Shown piece after piece: positions 1 to 9,557 of a stretch of DNA of 26,671 bases (positions within the stretch are counted from its first letter, which is position 1; each line of letters opens with the position of its first letter). Origin of the DNA: Myxococcales bacterium. Its GTDB lineage: Bacteria; Myxococcota_A; UBA9042. The notes under the pieces were generated by a model that saw nothing but the letters and a program-made list of their open reading frames with translations, was not told the origin of the DNA and did not search any database. The translations under genes were made by a program, and so were the position numbers. The DNA is taken from assembly GCA_037441385.1 (NCBI GenBank), contig JBBISH010000089.1, forward strand, positions 1 through 26,671. The letters are read 5' to 3'.

Positions 1-1
1 C

Positions 2-1924
2 GGCCTGGACTGCAACGACGGCAACCCCTGCACTGACGATAGCTGCGACAAGACCAAAGGCTGCACGCACACCAACAACGGCGCGCTCTGCGACGACGGC
101 AACCAATGCACCGAGCAGGATCGCTGTGCGGGGGGCACCTGCTCGGAGTTCACGCCCAAAGTGTGCGACGACGGCAAGGTCTGCACGGACAACGCCTGCG
201 ACCCCAGCAGCGGCAACTGCTCGTACCCCAACAACACCGCGAGCTGCGACGATGGCAGCAAGTGCACGACCATCGACACCTGCGCCGACGGCGCGTGCAA
301 GGGCGCCCAAGATCTGGACTGCAACGACGGCAACCCGTGCACTGACGACAGCTGCGACGCCAACGCCGGCTGCAAGCACGCGAACAACACGGTCAGCTGC
401 GACGACGGCAGTGTGTGCACAGGGTTCGATACCTGCGGCGGCGGCAAGTGCAGCGGCACTGCGATCGTGTGCAGCGACGGCAACTTGTGCACAGACGACA
501 GCTGCGACGCGGTGACGGGCTGCGTGCACACCAACAACACGGTGTCGTGCGACGACGGCAACGACTGCACATCCAGCTCGACTTGCGCGGGCGGCTCGTG
601 CTCCGTCGTCGTCAAGGTGGCCGACGGGACCAGCTGCGGTGGGAGCCAAGACAAGGGCTGCAGCGCTGGCGTCTGCAAATGCAAGCTGTACGCCGCGAGC
701 GAGCCCAATACGTCTTCGGCGTTCTATGCCGTGGCAGCCGACTCGTCGGGCGGCGCGTTCGTGGCCGGCACGTACAAGGACATGACGCTGGGAACGGTTG
801 GTTTCGTGGACCACCGCAACGCGTTCAACGTCTCGACCTCCGGGTGGCCACTGAAGTTGATCTCGTCGGACAAAACCGGCCTGATCACGGTCAACAGCAT
901 CGCGGGAACCTTGACAAAAGGGCAGCCATTTTGGGCCGTCGCGGCCAACGAGGTGCCCAAGGTCAGCACGCAGGCGATCGTCTACTCGATCACCGACACG
1001 GGAATCTCGACCGTGGGCAAGCCGACAGGCGCTGGCTATGGCGACACGCTGTACGGGGCCGCGATGCTCTCGGACGGGTCGGCGGTGATGGTCGGGGTGG
1101 CGTCGCCAACCTACGCGGTCAACGGCTTGCTGCCAAGCGGCGACTCGAAGTTACCGCAGGGCTGGATCTTGAAGTACGCCAAGGGTGGCACCACGCCCTC
1201 GGCTAGCAAGCTGTACAAGTCTGGATTTGGCCTGGCGCTGCGTAGCGCTACGCGACTCCTGAGCGACGCCTATGTGATGGCCGTAGGGTGGCAGTACATT
1301 ACCGATAGCAAGGGATCGCCGGCCACTACGCCCACCTCGGTCATCGACCAGGCCTGCGCCGTCATCATCGACACCTCGACCGGTGTCCCGCAGGCCATCA
1401 ATGGCGGCGCGGCCATCCAAGTCGCGAACCACAACACCACCGGCAACAGTCAGACCGAGCTGTACTCGGTCGCGCTAGAGAGTGCGAGCGGCTCGACCGC
1501 GAAGGTGGTGGCGGCCGGGCAGACCATGGTCAACGGGACGTGGCGGCCGCTCTTGTGGCGGGCCACCTTGACCTACTCAGCGGCGACCGGCGCCTGGTCG
1601 GTGACCCAAGACTCGAGCGCAACTCTTTCGGCCACAACGGGCAAAGTATGGTCGGTGGTGGGTCTGGGCGGGACCTACGACGCGGTGTTTGGCAACACGG
1701 CCGGGAACCCGTACGGCGGTCGCGTAGACGGCTCTACTTGCGGCTTTGGCGGGAGCGGGCCGGTGTGCGGAGCTGCTACGTGGAGCAAGACTTCAAGTTC
1801 GGTCGGCGACGTCAGGGCCGCCACACTGCTGTCTAGCGGATACTTGATGGCGGTGGGCCAACTAAGTGGCATTGGCTCGCTGACGGTCATGATCGCTTCC
1901 ACGGGTTCAACCACCTGCCCGTAG
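2..1924 (+). CDS. 5'-truncated Cys-rich repeat (CDDGNxCTxDxC) surface/secreted protein with a C-terminal beta-rich, propeller-like domain
   Basis: The frame is open from position 2 (GLDCNDGNPCTDDSCDKTKGC...) into the 161..1924 ORF. About 8 alternating C(D/N/S)DGxxCT modules run to ~680, followed by a Ser/Thr/Gly-rich region with repeated xxAVG/AAG strands. TAG stop at 1922-1924. Confidence 0.85.
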   Translation, partial: GLDCNDGNPCTDDSCDKTKGCTHTNNGALCDDGNQCTEQDRCAGGTCSEFTPKVCDDGKVCTDNACDPSSGNCSYPNNTASCDDGSKCTTIDTCADGACKGAQDLDCNDGNPCTDDSCDANAGCKHANNTVSCDDGSVCTGFDTCGGGKCSGTAIVCSDGNLCTDDSCDAVTGCVHTNNTVSCDDGNDCTSSSTCAGGSCSVVVKVADGTSCGGSQDKGCSAGVCKCKLYAASEPNTSSAFYAVAADSSGGAFVAGTYKDMTLGTVGFVDHRNAFNVSTSGWPLKLISSDKTGLITVNSIAGTLTKGQPFWAVAANEVPKVSTQAIVYSITDTGISTVGKPTGAGYGDTLYGAAMLSDGSAVMVGVASPTYAVNGLLPSGDSKLPQGWILKYAKGGTTPSASKLYKSGFGLALRSATRLLSDAYVMAVGWQYITDSKGSPATTPTSVIDQACAVIIDTSTGVPQAINGGAAIQVANHNTTGNSQTELYSVALESASGSTAKVVAAGQTMVNGTWRPLLWRATLTYSAATGAWSVTQDSSATLSATTGKVWSVVGLGGTYDAVFGNTAGNPYGGRVDGSTCGFGGSGPVCGAATWSKTSSSVGDVRAATLLSSGYLMAVGQLSGIGSLTVMIASTGSTTCP

Positions 1925-2013
1925 CGCATGGGCTATCGGCCAAGGGGGGCCAATTGAAGTTCCAAGTGTCCAAGCTGTTCGATCTAGCCAGCTTCTGCTG
2001 GGCGGCGCCCCGC

Positions 2014-2895
2014 ATGTTGGCTTGGGCGTTCCTGGCGCTCTTCCTGGCAGCGCCGGCCCCCGCGTGGGCCAAGGGCGAAGCGGCCAAACCCGCAGAGGAA
2101 ACTACGGCCGGCAAGGCGACCACCAAGGCCGGCCAGGCCATGCTGGAGGTGGCCACGGCGGAGTACAAGGCGGGCGATTTCAAGAAGGCGTCCGAGCACT
2201 TCCACGCCTGCTTTGACGTGGACCCCAAGAATCTGGTGTGCCTGTTCAACGCCGCGCGCTCCGAGCAGCGGGCCTTCATGCTGGACAAGGCCGAGGAAGA
2301 CTTCAACCTTTACCTAAAATTGGCCCCCGCATCCGACGAGCAGGGGCGCAAGCGCGCCAGCGTCCACCTGGACGAAATCCGCGACTTGAAAGCCCAGCTC
2401 GCCAAAAAGGAAGAAGAAGCTCGCAAGGCCGCTAATCCCACCGGGCCCGTGGGGCCCGCTGGTCCACCCGTTGAGAAGAAGGTGGACGCCAAGCCACCTG
2501 CGGGCAACGTGGTGCGCGAAGTACCCGCTCCAGAAGGGCAATGGAAGCGTACCGGGCGCTGGGTAGCCCTGGGCGGCGGCGCGGCCCTGGTGGCGGCAGG
2601 CGCGGCGATCTTGGCCAGCGCCTCGGGCGCGCAGAGCGACCTAGAGGCCGAAATGGGCCCCGCCAACAGTTCTGGCAAGTTCACGGGCGTGGGCTATGCC
2701 GACTACAAGTCGCGGCAAGAGTCGATCAACAGCAAAATCGTGATGGCGGATGCGCTGTTGGTTGGCGGCGTGGCCGTCGCAGCGGCAGGTGCCTGGATGG
2801 CTTTGACCGCTCCCGACGCGCCCGCTCCCCGCGCCACGCTGCAATTCGCGCCGCAACCTGGGGGCGCGGCTGCCTTGCTGGCGTGGCGGTTCTAG
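2014..2895 (+). CDS. Secreted TPR-repeat protein, myxobacterial type, with two hydrophobic helices and a C-terminal ...LAWRF tail
   Basis: Signal peptide (MLAWAFLALFLAAPAPAWA), TPR-like helices (AEYKAGDFKKASEHF...DPKNLVCLFNAAR...AEEDFNLYLKLAP), Pro-rich linker and Gly/Ala-rich helices. The start could instead be TTG 1954. Confidence 0.8.
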   Translation: MLAWAFLALFLAAPAPAWAKGEAAKPAEETTAGKATTKAGQAMLEVATAEYKAGDFKKASEHFHACFDVDPKNLVCLFNAARSEQRAFMLDKAEEDFNLYLKLAPASDEQGRKRASVHLDEIRDLKAQLAKKEEEARKAANPTGPVGPAGPPVEKKVDAKPPAGNVVREVPAPEGQWKRTGRWVALGGGAALVAAGAAILASASGAQSDLEAEMGPANSSGKFTGVGYADYKSRQESINSKIVMADALLVGGVAVAAAGAWMALTAPDAPAPRATLQFAPQPGGAAALLAWRF

Positions 2896-2938
2896 AGACC
2901 CGACCCGACCAGGCACGCGCGGTCGCCTCCATCATCGC

Positions 2939-4513
2939 CTAATCGACCAGGCCACCCGAGTCGTCCTTGGCCTTGCCGGGACGGGATTTTGGCTTGCCTT
3001 GTGCTGGGTTGCGCGGTGCCTTGGGAGTTTCTGTGGCGACTGGCGCCGGATCCGCGGCCGGAACGGCGGCCGGGACTGGGGCCGGAGCGGGTGGCGGAGC
3101 CGGAGCGGGAACCGGAACCGGAGCGGGAACCGGAACCGGAGCCGGAGCCGGAACCGGAGCCGGAGCGGCGGCCGGAGCCGGAACCGGAGCTGCGGCCGGA
3201 ACCAGAACCGGAGCGGCCGCCGGAGCCGGAGCCGGAGCCGGAACCGGACTGGGAGCCGAACCGGAGGACGTGAGCGCGATGGCAACGGCGACCGCTGCGC
3301 CCACCACGACCACCGCCCCCACGGCCAGGATCGGCAGCTTGGACTTGGCCGGTTCTGCGGCGGGAACTGGCACTTGGACCGCTTGGCCCGCGGGCATGGT
3401 GGCCGGCCCAACCGGGGCCGCGCGCATGGTCGCATCGGCGCGCGCCGCCACATCGCTGGCCCGCAGCGCCGTGGTGGCCGCTTCAGTGTCCGTGGCCGGT
3501 GGTCGCGGGCGGGGTGCAGGCCTGGGCGCGGGCGCAGGCGGAACCACCGCGTCGCGGCGTTCGGTGACGGCGGTTTGGCGCGCGTCGTCGAGCACAGACT
3601 GCAGGGCGGCGGCCATCTCGTCGGCGGAAGCAAACCGCTCGCCGGCATCGGTCTGGATGGCGCGAAACACGATATCTGTCAATGGATTGGGGCATGGCCG
3701 CCGCAGCGAGCTGCGCGGGTGCGGTGGCGGTTCGGTCAAGCGCCGCAGCAGCATGTCGATGGGCGACTCGCCGGGGAACGGCGGCGTGCCGCACAGGCCC
3801 TCGAACAAGATGCTCCCCATGGCATAGAGGTCGGTGCGGGCGTCGACCCCTTTGCCGCGGGCCTGCTCGGGGCTCATGTACGCCGGCGTGCCGATGATCA
3901 CGCCCGCGCCGGTCAGTTCGGATGTCTGCTGGTCGCCCACGGTTTTGGCGATGCCGAAGTCGAGCACCTTGACGAAGTCATTCTCGCCGTGGACTTGCTG
4001 CAAGAAGATGTTGTCGGGCTTGAGATCGCGGTGCACCAGGCCGCGGCTATGGGCCTCGGACAGCGACTTTAGGACCTGTACGGCGATATGCACGAGGCGT
4101 TGCCAATCCAGCGGCCCTTCTTTTTCCAGGTGCGAGCTGAGCGGGCGACCGTCCAAGAACTCCATCGCCAAGTACATACCGCCGCTGGGCAATTCGCCAA
4201 AGTCGAACACGCGCACGGTGTTGGGGTGCTTGAGCGCGCTCGTCGCCTGGGCCTCGCGGATGAAGCGCGCCGCCATCTCTTGGTCGGACTGATTGCCGGC
4301 GTGGAGCACTTTGACGGCAACGATGTCGCGGGTGGCCGTGTGGCGTGCTTTGTACACGGCCCCAAAGCCGCCAGCGCCGATTTGGCCCAGGATTTCGTAG
4401 CGGCCGCCTACGGTGCTGCCCAGCAAGGGGTCGACCGCGTCGGTCTCTGTGCCGCACTGCGGGCAGCGCGACTCGGGCGTGGAAGTGTGGCACTGGGGGC
4501 AAGTGCGGGCCAT
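2939..4513 (-). CDS. Hanks-type Ser/Thr protein kinase with N-terminal double-CxxC zinc ribbon, one TM helix and a Pro/Ala-rich C-terminal tail
   Basis: Motifs [27 protein letters not shown] and [18 protein letters not shown] follows the ATG at 4513. TM segment [20 protein letters not shown]. Confidence 0.95.
   Translation of the reverse strand: MARTCPQCHTSTPESRCPQCGTETDAVDPLLGSTVGGRYEILGQIGAGGFGAVYKARHTATRDIVAVKVLHAGNQSDQEMAARFIREAQATSALKHPNTVRVFDFGELPSGGMYLAMEFLDGRPLSSHLEKEGPLDWQRLVHIAVQVLKSLSEAHSRGLVHRDLKPDNIFLQQVHGENDFVKVLDFGIAKTVGDQQTSELTGAGVIIGTPAYMSPEQARGKGVDARTDLYAMGSILFEGLCGTPPFPGESPIDMLLRRLTEPPPHPRSSLRRPCPNPLTDIVFRAIQTDAGERFASADEMAAALQSVLDDARQTAVTERRDAVVPPAPAPRPAPRPRPPATDTEAATTALRASDVAARADATMRAAPVGPATMPAGQAVQVPVPAAEPAKSKLPILAVGAVVVVGAAVAVAIALTSSGSAPSPVPAPAPAPAAAPVLVPAAAPVPAPAAAPAPVPAPAPVPVPAPVPVPAPAPPPAPAPVPAAVPAADPAPVATETPKAPRNPAQGKPKSRPGKAKDDSGGLVD
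3070..3266 (-). repeat. Hexamer-periodic (GGAGCC/GGAACC on + strand) low-complexity tract encoding (PA/PV)n of the kinase tail
   Basis: Tandem ccggag/ccggaa units are directly visible and translate to [13 protein letters not shown]. Confidence 0.9.
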
Positions 4514-4771
4514 GCGGGTCCTTGGGCTGCGGCACAGAGGCGCCGCTGAAATAGTGCGGCAGATTCGGCCGATTGGCAAAGGCGCCGTGACAGAGACGCA
4601 ACAGGAGGCAGGGGCAACACCGCGCCTGGACCGGCCCGCGGCGACGACCGGCAGTCCAGATGGTGGTCAGCGCTGCGGAAACCCTTTGTTTTCGGCCAGT
4701 AGAAAATGCCCCCCAACTTGCGCAGCGGTCTTGGCTTGCATCACCTGCAGGTTCCAGGGAGACTGCCATCC

Positions 4772-6586
4772 ATGAAGACTGCTCGCCTTGTACGTACCCC
4801 GTCTGATTCACGCCTGCGCGGTCTCTCTGACCCGGTCTGCAACCGGCGAGGATCAGGCGGGGCCCCCGGTTCGGGCCCGGAGAATTGCCGGAGTTTTCGG
4901 GCCGAATTGGACGGATTCCGCATTACCCTGCTTTTCCATTTCCTATGCGCCGTGTTGCTAGCCAGTTCCGGTGGTTGCGGCAGCTCGGACAGTGCCAAAA
5001 CCAGCACGGCCAGCGACGTGGTCGCCGATAGCAGCAAACCGGACGACGGGGCCAGCGCAGATGCGCCGGACGCGGCCACCACCACCGCCAGCGGCGCGCC
5101 GATCCTGCCGCCTGGGGCGCCGTTGCCGACCGAACGCGGCTGGCAGTGGGGGCGCACGGTGGTGCACATCCACAGCGCGTTTTCGCACGATGCCTGCGAC
5201 GGCGAGATCGACAAGACGGGCAAGGCCAACCCCGAGTGCCTGCAGCAGTTCCGCGATGCGTTGTGCGCCTCGACCCTGGACGTGGCCTTTGTCACGGATC
5301 ACCCGGCGCACATGGGCGAATTTCCTTTCGAGAAATTGCTCAATTATCGTGCAGATCTAGGTGACAAGCTGCTAGGACCTGCCGGAGCGCCGCGGGCCAA
5401 CCTGATCCAGTGCCCGGCGACCAAAGAAGTGCCCGCGCACCCGCTGCTGGTGACGGTGGGCTTCGAGGCGACGCACTTGATGCCCGTGGGCCTGCAACGC
5501 CATATATCGCCAACCGAACTAGAGGGCGGCGACCTGTCGGACGAAGTGAGCTTGACCACTGTGCTGGCCCGCGTGGCGGCGGCCAAAGAGGCCGGAGCAC
5601 TGATCGTCAACGCCCACAGCGAGAAGACCGAAATCTCGGCCAAGCGGCTCGTCGACGCCGGCATCGACGCGATGGAGATCTACAACATCCACGCCAACTT
5701 CTTGACGGTCATCGGCGGCGAGGGTGGCAAGCCGAAGCTGGGCAAAGTCTTTGAGCTGGAGCACTTCTTGGGGCCCAAAGAGTCGTCGCCGTGGCCCGAC
5801 CTGGTGCTGATGATCATGCTGGACATGCAGCCCGAGGCCGCGTTCACCAAGTGGCACGAAGTGCTGGCGGCCAAGCACGTGACGGCGCTGGTAGGCAACG
5901 ACGTGCACCGCAACGTGAAACTAGAGGCCTATTGCGGTCCGGGCGGCCAGTTCGAGGGCCTGTGCAAGCCGTTTGCCGACAAGTACCCGCATCTGGTCAA
6001 GCTGCTGACCGAGGGCGGGATTCCGCAGATGGCCGACGGCGACCGGCTGGACAGCTACAAGCGGATGCTGCGGCAAATCAGCGACCGCGTGTTGGTCAGC
6101 GCCGGGACCACGGACGAGGCGCGGGTCGGGGTCTTCCAAGACGCGCTGCGCGGGGGCCGCAACTGGGTCGTGTTCGACCTACTGGGCGAGCCCGACCACT
6201 TTGACCTAGTGGCGAAGTCGGGCGGCAAATGGGTCGAGATCGGCGGCACGGCCAAGGTTGGCGACGAACTGTGGATCCGCACGCCGCAGCGCGCCTTCCC
6301 GGCAACCTGGATGCCGTGGCAAGAGGCGGATACGCGCAACCCGGCCGATCCCGTAGAGATTCGGACCCTGCTCTGGCGCACCACGGCCGACGGCAAACCC
6401 GCCGAAGTGCTGCAGGAATACAAGGGTTTTGCCCAGTCCGCCACCTACAAGATGACCCAGCCCGGGCGCTACCACTTGGAAGTGCGGATGATTCCTCGCC
6501 ACTTGCGGCCGTGGCTGAAGGCGCTGGGCCAGTACGCCGACATCGAGCAGCGCTGGGTGGTCGGCAACCCGATCGCCGCGCAGTAG
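4772..6586 (+). CDS. PHP-like (CehA/McbA-type) metallohydrolase lipoprotein
   Basis: [21 protein letters not shown] and GNDVH metal-ligand motifs typical of the PHP fold. Lipobox-like [12 protein letters not shown] lies upstream of ATG 4772. The N-terminus is interrupted in frame by repeat copy A. Confidence 0.75.
   Translation: MKTARLVRTPSDSRLRGLSDPVCNRRGSGGAPGSGPENCRSFRAELDGFRITLLFHFLCAVLLASSGGCGSSDSAKTSTASDVVADSSKPDDGASADAPDAATTTASGAPILPPGAPLPTERGWQWGRTVVHIHSAFSHDACDGEIDKTGKANPECLQQFRDALCASTLDVAFVTDHPAHMGEFPFEKLLNYRADLGDKLLGPAGAPRANLIQCPATKEVPAHPLLVTVGFEATHLMPVGLQRHISPTELEGGDLSDEVSLTTVLARVAAAKEAGALIVNAHSEKTEISAKRLVDAGIDAMEIYNIHANFLTVIGGEGGKPKLGKVFELEHFLGPKESSPWPDLVLMIMLDMQPEAAFTKWHEVLAAKHVTALVGNDVHRNVKLEAYCGPGGQFEGLCKPFADKYPHLVKLLTEGGIPQMADGDRLDSYKRMLRQISDRVLVSAGTTDEARVGVFQDALRGGRNWVVFDLLGEPDHFDLVAKSGGKWVEIGGTAKVGDELWIRTPQRAFPATWMPWQEADTRNPADPVEIRTLLWRTTADGKPAEVLQEYKGFAQSATYKMTQPGRYHLEVRMIPRHLRPWLKALGQYADIEQRWVVGNPIAAQ
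4791..4923 (+). mobile_element. Palindromic MITE-like repeat, copy A (long form, 133 nt)
   Basis: About 77% identical by hand alignment (about 103/133 positions, one 1-nt gap) to the reverse complement of 12841-12973. Two hairpins (4797-4809/4850-4862 and ~4866-4878/4899-4910). Flanked by (T)TG and (T)TA. Confidence 0.75.
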
Positions 6587-6599
6587 CGACCGGCCAGGA

Positions 6600-6732
6600 A
6601 ACCGGAATCCGTTCGAGTCGGACGGTCAGAGACAGGAACCCTCCAGAGCTGTCTCGGGGTTCCAGCCTGATTCTCGCGTGTTGCGGGCCGGATCTTGGAA
6701 CTCGTGCCGGCACGGATCGCCAGCGGAGCGCG
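6600..6732 (-). mobile_element. Palindromic MITE-like repeat, copy B (degenerate long form, 133 nt)
   Basis: Gap-free alignment to the reverse complement of copy A at roughly 60% identity. Shared blocks include CGGAATCCGT, CGGGG..CC.GCCTGAT.CTCGC..GTTGC and CCGG.TC. Confidence 0.6.
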
Positions 6733-6833
6733 GCACCCCCATGCACGGTACCTGCCGTGATCCGCCAGCCAGTGCGCCAGGCCCGCCCATCGTATACACT
6801 CGCAGCGCTGCCTGTCTTGGCCCGGAGTCCCCC

Positions 6834-8858
6834 ATGAATCCACCTTTTCCGCACCTGCTCCAGCCGTTGGATCTGGGTTCGATCCGCCTGCGCAATCGGG
6901 TCATGATGGGCTCGATGCACACGGGACTAGAGGACCGCTTCTGGAATTACCCCAAGCTGGCTGCCTACTTTGCCGAGCGCGCGGCGGGTGGGGTGGGCCT
7001 CATCGTCACGGGCGGCATCTCGGTGAATCGCCGCGGCTGGCTGCTCCCCGGCGGCGGCACCATGAACAACTTGGGCGACGTGGTGAACCACCGCGAGGTG
7101 ACGCAGGCCGTCCACGCCCGCGGTGGCCACATTTTCATGCAGCTCATCCACGCCGGGCGCTACTCGTACCACCCGTTCAGCGAGGCGCCGTCGGGCATTC
7201 AAGCCAAGATCAACCCGTTCAAGCCCAAGGCGATGAGCAACCGCCGGGTGTGGCAGGTCATCGGTCATTTTGCGCGCGCGGCCAAGCTGGCCCGGCAGGC
7301 GGGCTACGACGGCGTGGAAGTCATGGGAAGCGAAGGCTATTTGCTTTGCCAGTTCCTGTGCCGACGCACCAACAAGCGGACCGACGAATTCGGCGGCGAC
7401 ATCCAAGGCCGCAGCAAGATGCTGGTCGAAGTGGTCAAAGCGATCCGCCGCGAGTTGGGGCCCGAGTTCCCCGTGATGGTGCGGGTGTCGCTGCTCGACC
7501 TGGTCGAAGACGGCAACACGCAAGAGGAAATTCTGGCGACGGCGCTCGCGGTGCAAGACGCTGGCGCGACCCTGATCAATACCGGCATTGGCTGGCACGA
7601 GGCGCAGGTCCCCACGATCGTGACCTCGGTGCCGCGCGCGGCGTTCCGGCAGGCCACGGCGACCATCAAGCGCCAGCTGAAGATCCCGGTGGTGGCTTCG
7701 AACCGCATCAACACCCCTGAAATTGCAGAGGATATTCTGGCGAGCGGCGATGCGGACATGGTCTCGATGGCGCGGCCCTTGTTGGCCGACCCGGACTTTG
7801 TCAACAAGGCGGCGGCGGGCCAGGCCGATCGCATCAACACGTGCATCGCGTGCAACCAGGCGTGTCTGGACCACACGTTTTCGAACAAGCGCGCCTCGTG
7901 CCTGGTCAACCCGCGCGCCTGCCACGAGACGGAGTTGGTCTATGCGCGGACGGAGAACCCCAAGAAGATCGCCGTGATTGGCGGCGGCATGGCCGGACTC
8001 TCGGCGGCGACGGTGGCGGCCCAGCGCGGCCACGACGTGACGCTGTTCGAGGCGAGCGATACGGTCGGCGGGCAGTTCGACATGGCGGCGCGCGTGCCCG
8101 GCAAAGAGGAATTTCGCGAGACGATTCGCTACTTCACCAACTTGTTGGCGGCCACCGGCGTGCGCGTGGAACTGAACCGGCGCGTGCAAAGTGGTGAATT
8201 GGACGGCAAGTTCGACGCCATCGTGGTCGCCACCGGCGTCCGGCCGCGCTTGCCCAGCATCGCCGGCATCGATCACCCCAAAGTGTTGAGCTATCCCGAC
8301 GTTCTGCGGTTTGGCAAGCCGGTAGGCGGCAAGGTGGCGGTCATCGGCGCGGGTGGCATTGGCATCGACGTGTGCGAGTACCTGCTGGCCGAGCACAGCC
8401 CGCAGCTCGTGGACGAGTGGACGGCGCAATGGGGCGTGGACTTGCAGTCGCGCACGGCGGGCGGTCTGGTGCCCAAGGCCAAGCGGACGCCCAAGCGGCA
8501 AGTGTGGCTGCTGCAACGGAAAACCGGCAAGATGGGCAACGGCCCCGGCAAGACCACCGGCTGGGTGCACCGCGCGGCGCTGCAGCAGCACGGGGTGACG
8601 ATGCTGAGCGGGGTCGAGTACTTGCGCATCGACGACGCGGGGCTGCACATCCGCGAGGGTGGCAAGGAGCAGGTGCTGCCGGTCGACCACATCGTGGTCT
8701 GCGCGGGTCAGGAGTCGGTGCGCGACACCGTGACGTTGGGGCCCGAGGGCAAACCAGTGAACCCGCTGTATCACGTGATTGGTGGAGCGGATTTGGCCGC
8801 AGAACTGGACGCCAAGCGCGCGATCCGCCAGGGTGCAGAGCTGGCTGCCCGGCTATAG
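6834..8858 (+). CDS. fadH: NADPH-dependent 2,4-dienoyl-CoA reductase (FMN, FAD, 4Fe-4S)
   Basis: [23 protein letters not shown], 4Fe-4S motif [11 protein letters not shown]...[15 protein letters not shown] and GAGGIG dinucleotide-binding loops, GKTTGWVHR. About 674 aa from ATG 6834, which has GGAG upstream. Confidence 0.95.
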   Translation: MNPPFPHLLQPLDLGSIRLRNRVMMGSMHTGLEDRFWNYPKLAAYFAERAAGGVGLIVTGGISVNRRGWLLPGGGTMNNLGDVVNHREVTQAVHARGGHIFMQLIHAGRYSYHPFSEAPSGIQAKINPFKPKAMSNRRVWQVIGHFARAAKLARQAGYDGVEVMGSEGYLLCQFLCRRTNKRTDEFGGDIQGRSKMLVEVVKAIRRELGPEFPVMVRVSLLDLVEDGNTQEEILATALAVQDAGATLINTGIGWHEAQVPTIVTSVPRAAFRQATATIKRQLKIPVVASNRINTPEIAEDILASGDADMVSMARPLLADPDFVNKAAAGQADRINTCIACNQACLDHTFSNKRASCLVNPRACHETELVYARTENPKKIAVIGGGMAGLSAATVAAQRGHDVTLFEASDTVGGQFDMAARVPGKEEFRETIRYFTNLLAATGVRVELNRRVQSGELDGKFDAIVVATGVRPRLPSIAGIDHPKVLSYPDVLRFGKPVGGKVAVIGAGGIGIDVCEYLLAEHSPQLVDEWTAQWGVDLQSRTAGGLVPKAKRTPKRQVWLLQRKTGKMGNGPGKTTGWVHRAALQQHGVTMLSGVEYLRIDDAGLHIREGGKEQVLPVDHIVVCAGQESVRDTVTLGPEGKPVNPLYHVIGGADLAAELDAKRAIRQGAELAARL

Positions 8859-8927
8859 GCGTCACCGCATCGGCCAAGGCCTTGGCGGCATCCAAAGCAT
8901 GCGGCGCGGCGCCGCCCAAGGAACACC

Positions 8928-9542
8928 ATGCGCGGCAACCCCTTCTTTGGCCTCCGACTCAGCGCGGCGACCGTGGCGGCGCTTGGCGTGCTCGGCACAG
9001 TCAGCGCCTGCGGCTGGCGGGAGGTCCATGTGAAAAGCGACACCACGGCGGCGGCCAGCGGGCCGATCATCGATCATCAAGTCAAGGACCTGCATGGCGC
9101 GACGGTGGCGCTCAGTCAGTACCGCGGCAAGGCGATGCTGATCGTCAACACGGCGAGCGAATGCGGTTTCACGCCGCAATACAAAGGCTTGCAGACCCTA
9201 CACGAGCGGTATGCCAGCAAGGGCCTGGCGGTGCTCGGCTTCCCGTGCAACGACTTTGGCGGCCAAGAGCCGGGCACTTCCGAGCAGATCCAGACGTTCT
9301 GCGCGACCAAGTACGCGGTCACGTTCCCGCTGTTCGCAAAGGTGCGAGCGAAAGAGGAAAAGTCGGCACTGTACAAGACGCTGACCGAGGATCTGGAACC
9401 GGCATTGCGCGGCGAGATCAAGTGGAATTTCACCAAGTTCTTGGTGGGTCCAGACGGGCGGGTGGTCGCGCGCTTCGAGCCGGCGGTCGACCCGCTGGAC
9501 CCACAGGTAATCGCCCAGATCGAGGCGAATCTGCCCAAGTAG
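8928..9542 (+). CDS. Cys-type glutathione peroxidase (Gpx/BtuE family) with a putative lipoprotein signal
   Basis: VNTASECGFTPQY, GFPCNDFGGQEPG and IKWNFTKFL. The N-terminal hydrophobic stretch ends in TVSA-C. Confidence 0.92.
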   Translation: MRGNPFFGLRLSAATVAALGVLGTVSACGWREVHVKSDTTAAASGPIIDHQVKDLHGATVALSQYRGKAMLIVNTASECGFTPQYKGLQTLHERYASKGLAVLGFPCNDFGGQEPGTSEQIQTFCATKYAVTFPLFAKVRAKEEKSALYKTLTEDLEPALRGEIKWNFTKFLVGPDGRVVARFEPAVDPLDPQVIAQIEANLPK

Positions 9543-9557
9543 TTCTGGACCAATTGA

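Noticed and set aside
2967..4072. Plus-strand ORFs with GAGT, EPEP or RSRS repeats
   Set aside because: They are alternative-frame readings of the kinase Pro/Ala tract.
4791..6732. Copies A and B as inverted ends of a composite transposon carrying the PHP gene
   Set aside because: Copy A lies inside the CDS after the start codon, the copies are only ~60% identical, and there is no shared outer duplication. Independent insertions are simpler.
6927..8774. 615-aa antisense ORF to fadH, and similar long shadow ORFs (11679..12881, 18586..20010, 19937..21481, 23139..24578, 25273..26664)
   Set aside because: These are typical high-GC antisense or off-frame open frames with no motifs, each overlapping a well-supported gene.
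9162..9164. Selenocysteine in the glutathione peroxidase
   Set aside because: The active-site codon is TGC (Cys), not TGA.
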